A stretch of 64,000 nt of DNA from Felis catus. Taxonomy: Eukaryota. The notes under the pieces are model-generated. The model was not told the origin of the DNA. It worked only from the letters and a program-made list of their open reading frames with translations, and ran no database searches. The stretch's first letter is position 1. The number at the start of each line of letters is the position of its first letter. Position numbers and translations under genes: made by a program. The stretch lies in assembly GCF_018350175.1 (NCBI RefSeq), contig NC_058368.1:40178001-40242000 (forward strand), written 5' to 3'. This document shows positions 1 through 13,266 of this stretch, one piece after another.

Positions 1-117
1 TGGTAGTTCTGTTTTTAATTTTTTGAGAAACCTCCATACTGTTTTCAAGACTGGCTGCACCAGTTTGCATTCCCACCAACAGCGTACAAGTATTCCTCTT
101 TTTCCGCATCCTCGCCA
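1..117 (-). mobile_element. L1 fragment (end of ORF2), runs off window start
   Basis: Reverse complement resembles the in-window L1 segment at about 11926-12045 (tggcaaggatgc...cagtatggaggttcctcaaaaaattaaaaa..agaa). Confidence 0.85.
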
Positions 118-1798
118 AAATCAACAAAAACAGGTCAACACCATGACATATCATAGAGGTTAAACTTTGTGGAGTTTATTTCTTCTGTAGGGTTATCCAG
201 ATACCTGAAACACATTTCTTGAATGATCCGTCTTTTCGTTAACAACTCTTCTGAATTAAAAGATTCTTCCTAATCAGCAGTGTTTTTCAGTCTTTTTTTA
301 GTGAAGAGTATGGGAAGTTGGGAAAAACAGGACAAACAAAACAAAAATAAAAACAAAACCAAGTATTCAAATAATGGCTGCCTCTTATAATTTGTTTAGA
401 CAAGAGAAAATTAATTAACCTCTTCCAACATCTGCTTTCTCTCCTTAAATTGCAGGTCGTGTTGGTTACCATTACTTCTTAACATGGTGAGGTCTAAATT
501 AGATACCATTTTTATGAGCTGCTTTATACTTTGCATGTTGTAAACTTTTCAGGAGTGCTAGGTCTTGTTGTTTCACTAATTATGCTACCAGTGTACTGAC
601 CAGTAGGATCCCCAACAAGAAGACTCATCACTTGAGAACTTGATACAAGTGTAAAAATAGTGGCCTCAACCCAAACTGCTGCAAGTAAAGTTTGAGAAGC
701 ACTGTTCCACACCATTAGATTGAATTAATTGACAGCTACCTAAGGAAAGGAATCTATTTAGAAAGGAAAGGTACATGTAGTTCAAGGAGAAAGACTCTGT
801 TACAAGTTGTAACCAAGTACCTAAAATGTTTTGCCTTCTTCACAATTTTGCCTAGGGTTACCGTGTTTACATCAGTGTTTCCACAAGGAGGATTTTCAGT
901 CTGATGGAAAATGATCACAAAGATTGTATAGGAGTTGTAAGATGAACTAGCTCTATCTTTCCAGCAGGGTGGATAGCCAGATAAATGAGCCTCTGCATTA
1001 GCTGTTAATCTTAGGTAACTTAATTTGTGTTAGGTATCACTTGTCTCTTATTTACATGTCTAAATTTGTTCTCGGATTATACCTACTTTTTTTCCTGCTT
1101 GATTCTTTCTGTCTCCTAAACGTTCAGGGATTTACGTTTTAAATGTTGCGACTCAAGCATTTATGTATTTTAAAATGCATTCACTATAGTAGTAAAAGCT
1201 TACTTATATTTAATAAACAATAGAGCAATTTCAAACAATATAAATTGATGTCATCTTCTCCTTTTATACCTTATTACTGCGGCACAGTGACCTTTAAATT
1301 GCAGCTTTGGAGTTATGATGATGTAGATGGTGGGGTCAGTGATATAATTCTTAAGATGTTTAATATCAATTCTCCCCTTCAATGAGCAAACTCTATATTG
1401 GGAAATGAATAAAAGTAGAGTTCAAAGCATAAGTACAATGGCTCAGTCATACTAGTACTCATATGGTCAGTTGGCTAGTAGGTAATAGGCAGGAACAGAT
1501 GATACTGGGGAAATTCAGATCTTCAGTTGTTGAACTGAATAACTCCCCAAATTCCAAATGTGACTGCTTCTAGAAAACCTGCATTTGTATTGATGATAAA
1601 TCAACAAGTACATTTTTCTTATTCTTGTACAAACCAACATCAGGAATATTCTAATATTTGGAAAATCTGAAATACAGATTCAAAAACCTCACAGTATTAG
1701 AAGAACTTAAATTGAGAATTTGCTTTGTCTGCAAACATAGAAAAGCTATTAGGTTTAAGAATGTGATGGGAAATATATGATTAAAAACTTCATATATT

Positions 1799-2013
1799 GA
1801 GGTGTCTGGGTTGCTCAGTCAGCTGAGCATCCGACTTCAGCTCAGGTCCTAATCTTGTGGTTCGTGAGTTCAAGCCCCAAGCCAGACTCGCTGCTCTCAG
1901 CCTGTCAGAACAGAGCCCGCTCCAGATCCTCTGTCCCCCTGGTTTCTCTGCCCCTCCTCTGCTTGCCCTCTCTCTCTAAAAGAATAAAGAAAATACTAAA
2001 ACAAACAAATAAA
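1799..2013 (+). mobile_element. CanSINE (SINEC, older subfamily)
   Basis: tRNA-derived head (ctgggttgctcagtcag...gagttcaagccc), CT-rich body, A tail; TSD cttcatatatt on both sides. Confidence 0.9.
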
Positions 2014-4649
2014 TCTTCATATATTTAGATACATCTATATTCTAGCACTTAGATTATTAGATAGAATATAGCAGAATCTAAATAAATATTACATTATCTA
2101 TCAATAATTTTCTATGGTTTTCATTTACTTATACAAGTTTAGTTGATACTAAACAATGAATGGTAGAAAGAAGATTGTGGTTAAGGCTGGTGTGCCCTTG
2201 AATAAATAACCATGGCAGTAGTCACAATGAGAAATGATGCTACAGAGGAAGGATTTGTTTTTCTGAAGTTTCACATTATCTTGCAACTTGAAAACTGTCT
2301 GTAACTTCAGAACACTTATACTGAGGCAAAACTGACTTGGAAAAATTAGTTTGTGGATGCTATCAACAACAGCAAATTAAAGTACAAAATGATCAAAGGG
2401 GCAGAAATTATCAAGTTAAAATAAGACAGTCTGACCTAGGCTAAAAACTGTTGCATCTGATTTTGAGGGTACATGACTAGGAGTTTTGAGGTTAAAATTA
2501 ATGCCCTGACTTCTTTGGAAAAACTTCCTAAGAAATAGTATCGACTGCTAGAGAAAAAAGTAAAGTAGGTCATTGGTCAGGGAAAAAAAGATTTTTACAG
2601 AAACTGAACTGTAGTATGAGAACAGTCTCATTGGTCAATTTCAAGTTTAAAAAATTCTTCCAAAAAGATTGGATTTATCAATAATACTTAGGTTTTTTTT
2701 GTTTTGTTTTTGTTTATTCCCCCCCCCCCCCCGATGGATAGAGCTCTCTTTTGGGAGCCTGGCTAGAAATAATTGATATAACATGCCCTACTGACTAGAG
2801 AACTATAATAGAAACTTCTTATGAAATTAAAGAAGATATGATCTTTATCAACCTCTTGCATCAAGTTCAACATAAGATGTAGGAGGTTTTTATTCTTAAA
2901 TAGCACTCTACCCCTCCAATAAGCAGTGATTTATACAAATGATTTAATGTGTCTGACTGCTTGACTCCTAGAAATAGAGTGCCAATAAAATCCATTACTT
3001 AAATTTTCATTAGTCTTTGACCATAGAACTGAAATTAATTTGCTCCAAGAGTACAAGATATAGTCTTTACATTTGATTCCATGTAATTTTGTCTTAGCAT
3101 TTAATTATTCTTTTCAAATACATAGCAGTTAGATGAAAAATGTCTTGTTGATTCCCTTTAACGGTAAAATTCAGAGAAACTTGTGCTTGATGTGTAATTG
3201 AATCTTATTAAACTAAACATAGATAGTAAGAGGTTTTTTTTTGATTTTTAAAGCCAAGAAAATGAAGTTTTTTTTTTTAAAAAAAGCTTAAAACAAAATA
3301 GAAAGATGTCAGCTTTTTGGTTCTCTTTTGTTTCTTTCATCATATTTTGGTTACATAAGAATATAAATATCTGATTTAGTGTCAACTTCTCTTGAGATAA
3401 ACTTTTCCACACTGAGAAAATAAAAGTAAAACAAACAAAAAACAATAAAAACCTGTAATATTTATTAATCACTTAACATTTAAAAATTCAGAGTTAGGTC
3501 TTAGAGGAAAGAGAACATCTCTTTGATATTTGATCACATAACTACTAAACCTATTCCTATTATATGCTCTCAAATAGAAATTAGCAAATATTATGCATTA
3601 AATGACTAGATTTGCCTTTTGAGAAAAAATACACTATTTAAAAAGTAGTTTTCACTAATTTGATTAAAAATAAATTTGTTGCCAAACGCATTTTTTTGTT
3701 TATTTTTGTCATTATTTGTTTGTTTTAGTTTGTATCTCCATATTAGTGGCTGTGGTCACAAAAGATTCCATTTCTGTAATATTGTTACTGATTACTCACA
3801 CATTTTACATGAAAACAACATAAAACAATTTTCACATTCTCCTTTCTATTCAAGTTATATGAAAAAAATTTTTTATCAGATACTCTTTTTTATATCATTT
3901 CTTACAGGTTAATTAAAAATAGCTCTTTTCTCAAGATGTTTAAAATAGTCCCTTTTGTCTCAAACATTTTGCATAAAAAGATCTCCTAATTTATGTCTGT
4001 CATAGAAACAAAGTCTGGTGGTTGCAATGAGGCATTGACAATTTCCTTAGCAATAGCCTGAGTCAGCACCTACAGTAGACACTTGGTTGGTTTTACTACA
4101 TGTAATAGTAGTCAAGTGTGAGTGTGTTCATTCACTGTGAGATCTTGCTAATATTTTTTTGCTTAATTTGGGAAACGTTCACCCAAACTGGTACTTGGCA
4201 GAAGGATGGAAGCTAATCTGGACTCAGGATCGGGGGACACGGTAGTTATCCCGTTGACACTGCCTTGGCCAGAAAGCAATATTACTGCTGCTTTTAAGAT
4301 CATACTAAGCATGTCTACAGCAGCAAACACTCCCTGCACACAGAGCTCAAACCACTTACACTCTACATAAAAATCCAGAGATATATCAAATACCTATTCA
4401 TACTTGATGCCTCTGCTGCCATAAAATAATACAGGATTATGATACACAGAATACTGAGAAAAAGTGAATAAAGACTTCTGAGAGGATATACCACTCGAAT
4501 CATATTGAAAAACAAATATTAGTTATATCATGGTGAGAGGTGTTGTGAGGCAACAGCCTAACAAAGACACATAGATCAGAAAGATGGCGTGGGAATTGTA
4601 ATGGAAGGTGATTAGGCTCTAAGACCATAAGTGATGAAGTGAGACTGAC

Positions 4650-5650
4650 AATGTGGGCAGGTGTCAGAATGCAAAACTTGAAGGGAAGTCTCTGTTGGGT
4701 TAAGAAACTGAAATTTCACATGAGATAAGGGTTAACTGCAGAATTTTATTTGAAATGTGCCAGAATCAGATTTGTTTTTGAGGTGGCTAACTCAGCAGTT
4801 ACAAGGAAAATCTATGATGAAAACCATAATGCAGGCAACAAAGAAAATTAAGCCTTTTTTTTAGTTATCCAATTAAGAAAAGTAAATTTCCTGATGTAGG
4901 ACACTGAAAGAGGTATTAAGGTGCCTTGGATATAGAAAATTCTCAAAGATTGATTGGACTCTGTGAATATAATAGTGAGAAGAGTCCAACATAAGTGTCA
5001 GTTTTCTCTCCTGAATAACTGGATTGATGGAGGTATCTCCAATCAAGATATAGAGTAGGGAAAAGTTAAGAAGAAAATGTGAAAACTAGGTTTGTAAATG
5101 TTGATGATAAGGTGCACATGAAAAATCCAGATATAAATATCCAGAAGCCAATCAAATACATATGTCTGTGGTTCAGGAAATGGTTATGGGCTTGACTTCT
5201 GAATTGAGACATCAGTAGAGTGTAGGTGGTGGTTGAAACAAATGAGAATGGGTAAGATCACCTGAGAAAATATATTGCATAAGAACAGTGAGTTAAAAAT
5301 AAAACCCTAAGTAATAGCATTATTTAATGGGTCATAAGAGAAAAAAGAATCTCATCAAGATAAATTGAGGAGTGAACCAAAAACATCTCAGGAGAAGGGA
5401 GATAGTTTGGGAACATTAATAGTCATGGGAGTAGAGATTTATTAAGTGAGCATTCACTAGTACAGCAGAGGACACAAGATAAAAAGTCCTGACAAATAGC
5501 ATGTGATTTACAATATTAGGATGTTACTGTCAAACATATTAAACAGATGAAAACTCAATATAGTTGGCAGATGACTTACTGGGAAGTAAAGATGGGAAAG
5601 AGCATGTGTGTACTACTCTTTCAAGAAATTTGGAGAAAGGAAACAGGAGT
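4650..5650 (-). mobile_element. Degraded L2 LINE
   Basis: Purine-rich + strand with typical antisense-L2 motifs (atccagatataaatatccagaagcc, gttgaaacaaatgagaatgggtaagatcacc, actctttcaagaaattt); boundaries approximate. Confidence 0.65.
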
Positions 5651-7168
5651 AGATTGGATCTACAACTTAATGCAGCATCCAAGCAGAAAAATGAATTAAT
5701 AATGGATGAACCAAGAGTGAGTAAGCATAAAACAGGAAAGACGATGGGCATATCAGAAAGATACAGGACCAATAGGGAGCTACAAATACAGAATCATTTT
5801 GTGAGATTTCTGAAAATAAAACCAAAGGCATATGCTCTATTCAGTTTATTTAAACTTTTGTATCTTTTATTTATGATGTCATATACCCACATAGCAGTTC
5901 TTGGAGGCAAACTCATCTACTGTATATTCATTCAGAGTTATAGTTTTGACCAATAAATCTAACCTTAATCAGAAATATAATGAAATAGAAAATGTATATT
6001 TAATTCTAATTATCTCTAAGCAATTCTTTGAAATGTGGAACAAGAAGAGACGAGCCATAAAAACGTGTTGGAAGAAAATTCACCCTTATCTTCCTTTATG
6101 GAATTCATAAGTTGGTGAGATGTTTTGCATCAAAAAATTAGTAGACTATTACTTGAGTTCATATAAATATTAAATAGACCTGCTGATATATTGTATTCAA
6201 GTTTGACTAGCAGCTTCACATCCCTTTTAGTCTTTCCACTCCTGGCTGCACTAACACCTGTTCTGCTCAATTCTGAAATAAAACGTACATCAGATTTTCT
6301 TAGTGGATTGTAAACATGTTCAAAGGCAGTCCAGGGTGAGGATGTGTGCATGGTGCAAATTGCTTTTTAATATTTCTAGACATATAAACCTCCCCCTAGC
6401 CATCCTCCTCACACAACTTCATATTAACCTAATGATCTGTCTATAACGAATTGTCGAACTGCATTTTGCTGCCAAACTGTTTTACAGTTAAGCTGTTGCT
6501 TTGTGCTTGCCCCTTTTTGTTCAGCCAAACAATTTGCGACTCAGATCCATGGCCCAGTAAAAAGTAATACACAGGGATTTGGAATGGATGTAATCATGTA
6601 CACAGCAAGACAAATACCATCAATTTATTTCCAGTGTATTCCACTATGCATATTTTGTATTTAGTAGTAGAATTATAGCTTTATCGAGGAAACAAAATAT
6701 AAAGAGATTTATTTTGTTGTTGCTTACCATTCAAAAATAATATTTGTGAGTATATCATGATAATTCACAAATATGTTGAATAGCATTTCTGTGTTCAAGA
6801 AATGTTTTAGAACTCTTAATTCTACTGTTGGATGAATAGCTTATAATTAAGGAATAATAATGTTTGCCATCTATGTACCCCAGATTTCATTTTCAACTTT
6901 AAGTGGCATTTGGCCACGGAAAGAATATAGTATTCCTCCTGTGAGAAGAAATACTATGAGCCACAGATGCAATGCTACAGTTGCACAGTAAAATATAGGC
7001 AATGAAATTACTTGCATTTTTTTCCAGTAGCCTTCAAAGTTTTATGAGTTTCTGATTCTTAAGAGCACTATAGCCATTCAATTATTATGCATTTCATTCA
7101 TTATTACGTTAACTCCCTCTAGCTCTTAACCATCTAGAATTTCATATTAAATCGTGTTTAAGTTAACT

Positions 7169-7363
7169 GTTCTTTCCTTTTTATGTTTATTTTTGAGAGA
7201 GAGACAGAACGTGAGCAGGGGAGGGAGACACAGAATCTGAAGCAGCCTCCAGGCTCTGAACTGTCAGCACCAGAGCCCGATGTGGGGCCCGAACTCAGGA
7301 ACCATGAGATCATGACCTGAGCTGAAGTTGAACACTTAACCAACTGAGCCACTCAGGCACCCC
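7169..7363 (-). mobile_element. CanSINE (SINEC_Fc-like)
   Basis: Antisense SINE ending ...ctgagccactcaggcacccc; TSD taagttaact at 7159-7168 and 7364-7373. Confidence 0.92.
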
Positions 7364-7719
7364 TAAGTTAACTATTATTACTTATGTTTAAAATTATTTT
7401 AACCCAGATTTGGATGCACATACAGTTTTCAGTTTCTTAAGGCTTTTAAAAAATATATTGTCCTTGAATTTTTCCCAATAATTATGACAAGATTGAATTG
7501 GCTGGTTATACTTTCATGATTTGGGTGATTTCTGAAAAGGCTTCTATCAGAAAATATAGTATCAATTTTCAGAGGGCTTGTTTCACTTATTTATTCCTTA
7601 GGTTGATACATTTTTAATGAGGGGTTAATTTGTTCTTGGCTCTGTGTTAAAACACATTTACTATTCTCAAGTTGCTAATTCTTTAAAAAGGTTCTTCCCC
7701 AGTGCTGAAACTCAAAACA

Positions 7720-7780
7720 GTATGGAAACCAATTTGACAATAAATTTCATATTAATAAAAAAAAAAAGAAAAGAAAAAAA
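7720..7780 (+). mobile_element. Extremely 5'-truncated felid L1 3' end plus A tail
   Basis: gtatggaaaccaatttgacaataaatttcatat is identical to the L1 terminus at about 17856-17888 and is followed by an A-rich tail. Confidence 0.8.
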
Positions 7781-7872
7781 TGGCATGGAGACAGAAAAAA
7801 AAATGTGCCAACTTTAACATATATATGTGATAATGTGAATACAATACATAAGTAAAGCATTTAATTATAATC

Positions 7873-8073
7873 TTTTTTTTTTTTTTTTTGAGGAAGAGAG
7901 AGAGAACACACGTGAGCAGGGAAGGGGCAGAGAAGAGCAAGAGGGGAGAGAGAACCTTAAGTAGGCTCCACATCCAGCCCAGAGCCTGATACAGGGCTCA
8001 ACTAGGAGATCATGATGACTTGAGCCAAAATCAAGAGTTGGATACATAACTGACTGAGCCACCCAAGTGCCCC
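7873..8073 (-). mobile_element. CanSINE (older subfamily)
   Basis: Poly-T, (GA)n and antisense tRNA head ending acccaagtgcccc. Confidence 0.88.
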
Positions 8074-9035
8074 AAATATAAAGAGATTTATTTTATGTTT
8101 TTAACTTTTCTCTATAAGCAGAAAGTGTTTTCAAGAGCCCTTTGTTTGACAACACCAAACTAATATTTCAATGAGTTTCCCCCTCATCAGTTGATTTTTT
8201 TTTCTGATTAACAAGTTAACGATTAATTTGCTAATCAGAAAATTCCACAACATTCCTTTATTTCTTTCCACTATTTTGTCTGTAACACTAACACTGTCGA
8301 TAAATCTCCACTCATCAAACTTCCTTCTCTTCATACCTATAACCCTGAACTAACCTTTGATTTTTTTTTCTTTTTGTTCTCATTCATTTCCTCAGCCAGT
8401 TGGTCAGTCTGTGAATAACAAGAGATAATCAGAAATAAACAGTGGCCTCAAGGGATTCAAAGAAATATAATGCAATTTCCCAAAACTCTTTCTTTCTTTT
8501 TATTTAATGAGAAATGGCATCCATTTCCACACCTCAAATTCTTAAAGGCTCTCAAATACTTCTCTGTGGTTTCAAATTCTACCTGAAGTTCTAAGAGCCC
8601 CAACTCTTGACTTTTGACAAAAACACTGACTACTTGAGACATGAGTCATGGGCTAGGAACTTGCTGAAGCTTTAGTCAAATCCCATAGTATCTTAGTCCT
8701 CTTTTTCTCAGCCAAATAAAAGAGAATTTGGACTAGATTACCATTGAGATCGTTTATAAATCTAATATTCTATAATGCCACAACTGACTTCAACCTGAAT
8801 GTCCCAAACATGTCATCTCCTTTCACTATAAATTAGTTTCCTCTCATAAATTCTCTGTCAGGTAAGATTGCCATGATTTTCATTATATATACAGTTTATC
8901 TCTTTCTTGTTCTTTCCTAATCATGAAATCTAACTTGTTGCCTGAATGAAGGAATCAGGGATTCTATCACCTTTATCATTTTGGGCATAATTCAAGATGT
9001 CATTCAAGAAAAAAAACAAAAAATATATTTATTGT

Positions 9036-9249
9036 GGGGCACCTGGGTGGCTCAGTCGGTTGGGCATCCGACTCTGACTCAGGTCATGATCTCACAGTTC
9101 GTGAGTTCGAGCCCCACGTCGGGCTCTGTGCTGACAGCTCAGAGCTTGGAGCCTGCTTTGGATTCTGTGTCTCCCTCTCTCTCTGCCCCTTCCCCACTCA
9201 TGCTCTGTCTCTCTCTCTCAAAAATGAATAAATGTTAAAAAAATTTTTT
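9036..9249 (+). mobile_element. CanSINE (SINEC_Fc-like)
   Basis: ggggcacctgggtggctcagtcggtt head; TSD aatatatttattg at 9022-9034 and 9250-9262. Confidence 0.95.
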
Positions 9250-9419
9250 AATATATTTATTGAGTGATATATATGAGGATTTCCAGATTAGAGTTGTATT
9301 TAATATGTTATAGTGTTCAAGGAATGAAAATTGGCTAATGGTTTCAGTTATCTCAGAAAAAAAAATTGGGGTGTTCAACTTTCCTAGGGTTATTTTAAGC
9401 ATACAATTCTCTAACTTAG

Positions 9420-10000
9420 TATATATAAAATGAGTTTAAGTCTGGAAAGAAAGGCCTGATAAGAAATGGAGATGAAAAACAATGTAGAAGCAAGATACTG
9501 AAGGACTTTATATATCATATTAAGTGTTTTGAACTTTTTTTTAAAAGCAAGGTATACCCGGTGAACTAATTTACATTGAATTGTGATGATCATCTTCATT
9601 ATAAAAGATCAAATTTTGCATCAACTAAAAATTGAATTGAAGAGAAATAACTGGAAGTAGAGGAACACTTATGAAATTTTGCTGAAACTTAGATATAAGA
9701 TGATGAAAGCCTATCCAAGGCCAAGTTAGGAGAAGTAAACAAAAAGATATTACTGGAGAATTTAAGGATCTATAATTGACAGGGCATTTTTATACCAAAT
9801 TTTATATAGGAAATAATGTAGACAAGAATCAAGGATGACAACAGTGTTATGGTTTAAGCAGTATTATGGTGGATTATTGTGCTTCTCACAGTATTGGGAA
9901 GTTGATGAAGAAGAGCTATTATTGGAGAAATAACTTGCTTGTAGATTTGAACTGTATATGTATGGTATGTGTAATATAGAACTGGAATAGGTAGCTGGCT
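9420..10000 (-). mobile_element. Degraded L2 LINE
   Basis: Antisense-L2-like motifs (gaatcaaggatgac...ggtttaagcag, tggaataggtagctgg); boundaries approximate. Confidence 0.55.
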
Positions 10001-10041
10001 GCAAGGTTGTTCTCCATGTCCACTCAAGACTTACAAAAGGG

Positions 10042-12676
10042 TATTACCTTGATTCCAAAACCAGAAAAGCCTTGCTACAAAGGAGAACCACAGACCAATT
10101 TCCCTGATGAACACGGATGCAATAATTCTCAACAAGATATTAGCCAACCGGGTACAGCAATACATTAAAAGAATTATTCACCATGACCAAGTGGGATTTA
10201 TACCTGGGATGCAGGCCTGGTTAAATACCAACAAATCAATCAATGTGACACATCACATCAATAAAAGAAAGGACAAGAACCACATGATCCTCTCACAGAT
10301 GCAGAGAAAGCATTTGACAAAATGCAACATCCTTTCTTGATAAAAACCCTCAAGACAGTAGACATAGAATGATCATATCTCAAGATCATCAAAGCCACAT
10401 GTGAGAGATCCACCGCTAATATCATCCTCAATGGGGAAAACCTGAGAGCTTTCGCCCTAAGGTCAGGAATATGACAGGGATGTCCACTTTTGCCACTGTC
10501 ACTCAACATAGTAGTGGAAGTCCTAGCCTCAGCAATCAGACAACACAAAGGAATAAGAGGCATCCAAATCAGCAAGGAGGAAGTTGAATTTTCACTCTTT
10601 GCACATGACATGATACTCTATAGGGAAAACCCAAAACATTCCACCAAAAAACTGTTAGAACTGATCTATGAACTCAGCAAAGTCACAGGATATAAAATCA
10701 ATGCACAGAAATCAGTTGTGTTTCTATAGACCAATAATGAAGCAACAGAAAGAGAAACCAAGGAATTGATCCCATTTACAATCGCACCGAAAACCATAAA
10801 ATACCTAGGAATACCTGACCAAAGAGGTGAAAAATCATATACTGAAAATTATAGAAAGCTTATGAAAAAAATTGAAAAACACACACCCAAAAGGAAAAAT
10901 ATTCCATGCTCATGGATTGGAAGAACAAATATTGTTACAATGTTGATCCTACCCAAAGCAACATACATATTCAATGCAATCCCTATCAAAATAATACCAG
11001 CATTCTTCACAGAGCTGGAACAAACAATCCTAAAATTTGTATGGAACCAGAAAAGTCCCCGAATAGCCAACGCAATCCTGAAAAAGAAAATCAAAGCTGG
11101 AGGTATCACAATCCTTGACTTTAAGATATATTACAAAGCTGTAATCATCAAGACAGTATGGTACTGGCATGAAAACAGACACTCAGATAATGGAACAGAA
11201 TAGAGAACCTAGAAATGGACCCACAAACGTATGGCCAACTATCTTTGACAAAGCAAGAAAGAATATCCAATGGAATAAAGACAGTCTCTTTAGCAAATGA
11301 CTGTAATACAGTTATTTAGCAAATAACCCAGTGGTTATTGGTGTTGGGAAAACTGGATAGTGACATGCAGAAGAATGAAACTGGACCACTTTCTTATACC
11401 ATACACAAAAATAAAATCAAAATGGATGAAAGACCTAAACATAAGACAGAAAGTCATCAAAACCCTAGAGAAGAAAGCAGGGAACAACCTCTTTGACCTT
11501 GGCTGCTGCAACTTCTTACTCAACACGTCTCCAGGGGCAAGGGAAACAAAAGCAAAAATGAACTATTGGGACCTCATCAAGATAAAAACTTCTGCACAGC
11601 AAAAGAAACAATCAACAAAACTAAAAGGCAACTGACCGAATGGGAGAAGATATTTGCAAATGACATATCAGATAATGGGCTAGTATCCAAAATCTATAAA
11701 GAACTTCTCAAACTCAACGTCCAAAAAACAAATAACCCAGTGAAGTAATGGGCCAAAAACATGAATAGACACTTCTCCAAAGAAGACATTCCAGATGGCT
11801 AACAGACATATGAAAAAAATGTTCAACATCACTCACCCCCAGAGAAATACAAATCAAAACCACAATGAGATACCACCTGACACCAGTCAGAAAAGTTAAA
11901 ATGAACAACTCAGGCAACAACACATGTTGGCAAGGATGCAGAGAAAGAGGATTTCTTTTGCACTGCTGGTGGCAATGCAAACTGGTGCGGCCACTCTGGA
12001 AAACAGTATGGAGGTTCCTCAAAAAATTAAAAAATAGAATTACCCTATGATCCAGCAATTGCACTCGTAGGTATTTATCCAAGGGATATACATATACAAT
12101 TTCAGAGGGGCACATGGATCTCAATGTTTATAGCAGTGCTATTGACAATAGCCAAAGTAAGAAAAGAGCCCAAATGTCCATAGACAGATGAATGGATAAA
12201 GAAGATGTGGTATATATGTACAATGGAGTATTAGCAACCAAAAATAATGAAATCTTGCCATTTGCAACAACGTGGATCGAACTAGAGGGGATTATGCTAA
12301 GCGAAATTAGTCAGAGAAAGGCAAATATCATATGACTTCACTCAAATGTGGAACTTAAGATACAAAACAGATGAACATAAGGGAAGGGAAGCAAAAATAA
12401 TATAAAAACAGGGAGGGGGACAAATCATAAGACACTCTTAAATATAGAGAACTCAGGGTTGCTGGAGGGGTTGTGGATGGGGGGGATGGGCTAAATGGGT
12501 GATGGACATTAAGAAGGGCACTTGTTGAGATGAGTACTGGGTGTTATACATACAGGATGAATCACTGGACTCTACTCCTGAAATCATTATTGTACTATAT
12601 GCTAACTAACTTGGATGTAAATGAAAAAAAAGAAAAACCTGTAAACAAATAGTAAACTTTATTTAAAAAAAAAAAG
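10042..12676 (+). mobile_element. 5'-truncated felid/carnivore L1 (RT-domain ORF2 remnant, 3'UTR, A tail), disabled
   Basis: Frameshifted ORF2 pieces ([22 protein letters not shown], a degenerate FADD motif; [16 protein letters not shown]); TSD ttacaaaaggg at 10031-10041 and 12677-12687. Confidence 0.97.
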
Positions 12677-12915
12677 TTACAAAAGGGCAAAGGAGAAGCC
12701 AAGTGGTCTGAATTGAGGCCCCCACCTCTACTTCAATAAGAAGAGCTGCATTTTTATCTGTTAGATTTCCACGAAGTTTTTCCTATGTACAAATGTTTCC
12801 AGGGCTTTAATAAAGTCAAATGAGATAACAAGTTGACAAGTTGTGACTTTCCTGCAAATATTAATATTTTCATATTAACAGAAGAAAGAATTTTTTTAAA
12901 AAATAAGTTCTTCAG

Positions 12916-13107
12916 AGAGTCTCATGGCTCAGTCAGTTGAGTATCCTGACTCTTAATTGTGGCTCAGGTCATGATCTCACCATCGAGGAATTGAGCCCTG
13001 CACTGGGCTCTGGAGTGGGTGTATCGTTTAAGATTGTCTCTCTCCCTCTCCCTCTGTCCTTCCCCTGCTCATGCTCTCTGTCAAAAAATAATAAATAAAT
13101 AAATAAA
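12916..13107 (+). mobile_element. Degenerate CanSINE
   Basis: tggctcagtcagttgag...ggctcaggtcatgatctc, CT-rich body and (TAAA)n tail. Confidence 0.8.
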
Positions 13108-13266
13108 TTTTCTGACTTGTGATCCAATAATCTCAACTTTATCCACATATATTATGTTTTAGAGAACTAAAGATCTATACTTGAGTAGTATGATATAACT
13201 ATAGAAATATGTCACTGACAGAAAATCTATGTCACAGATTGAGAAACTTTTTCTCTAAAGACTCAG

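Noticed and set aside
524..740. Minus-strand coding exon
   Set aside because: There are stops near the putative acceptor in all frames. The segment contains aagtttgagaagcactg, resembling a hAT-Charlie terminal repeat, but is too degraded to name.
2719..2732. C14 run as a functional G-quadruplex
   Set aside because: It is an isolated homopolymer with no supporting context, and its length is assembly-sensitive.
5564..5956. 130-aa ORF as a host gene
   Set aside because: It has a non-ATG start, overlaps a decayed L2, and shows no recognisable domain or splice structure.
9036..9120. tRNA genes (A/B-box sequences here and in the other SINE heads)
   Set aside because: They are tRNA-derived CanSINE heads followed by CT-rich bodies, A tails and TSDs, not cloverleaf tRNAs.
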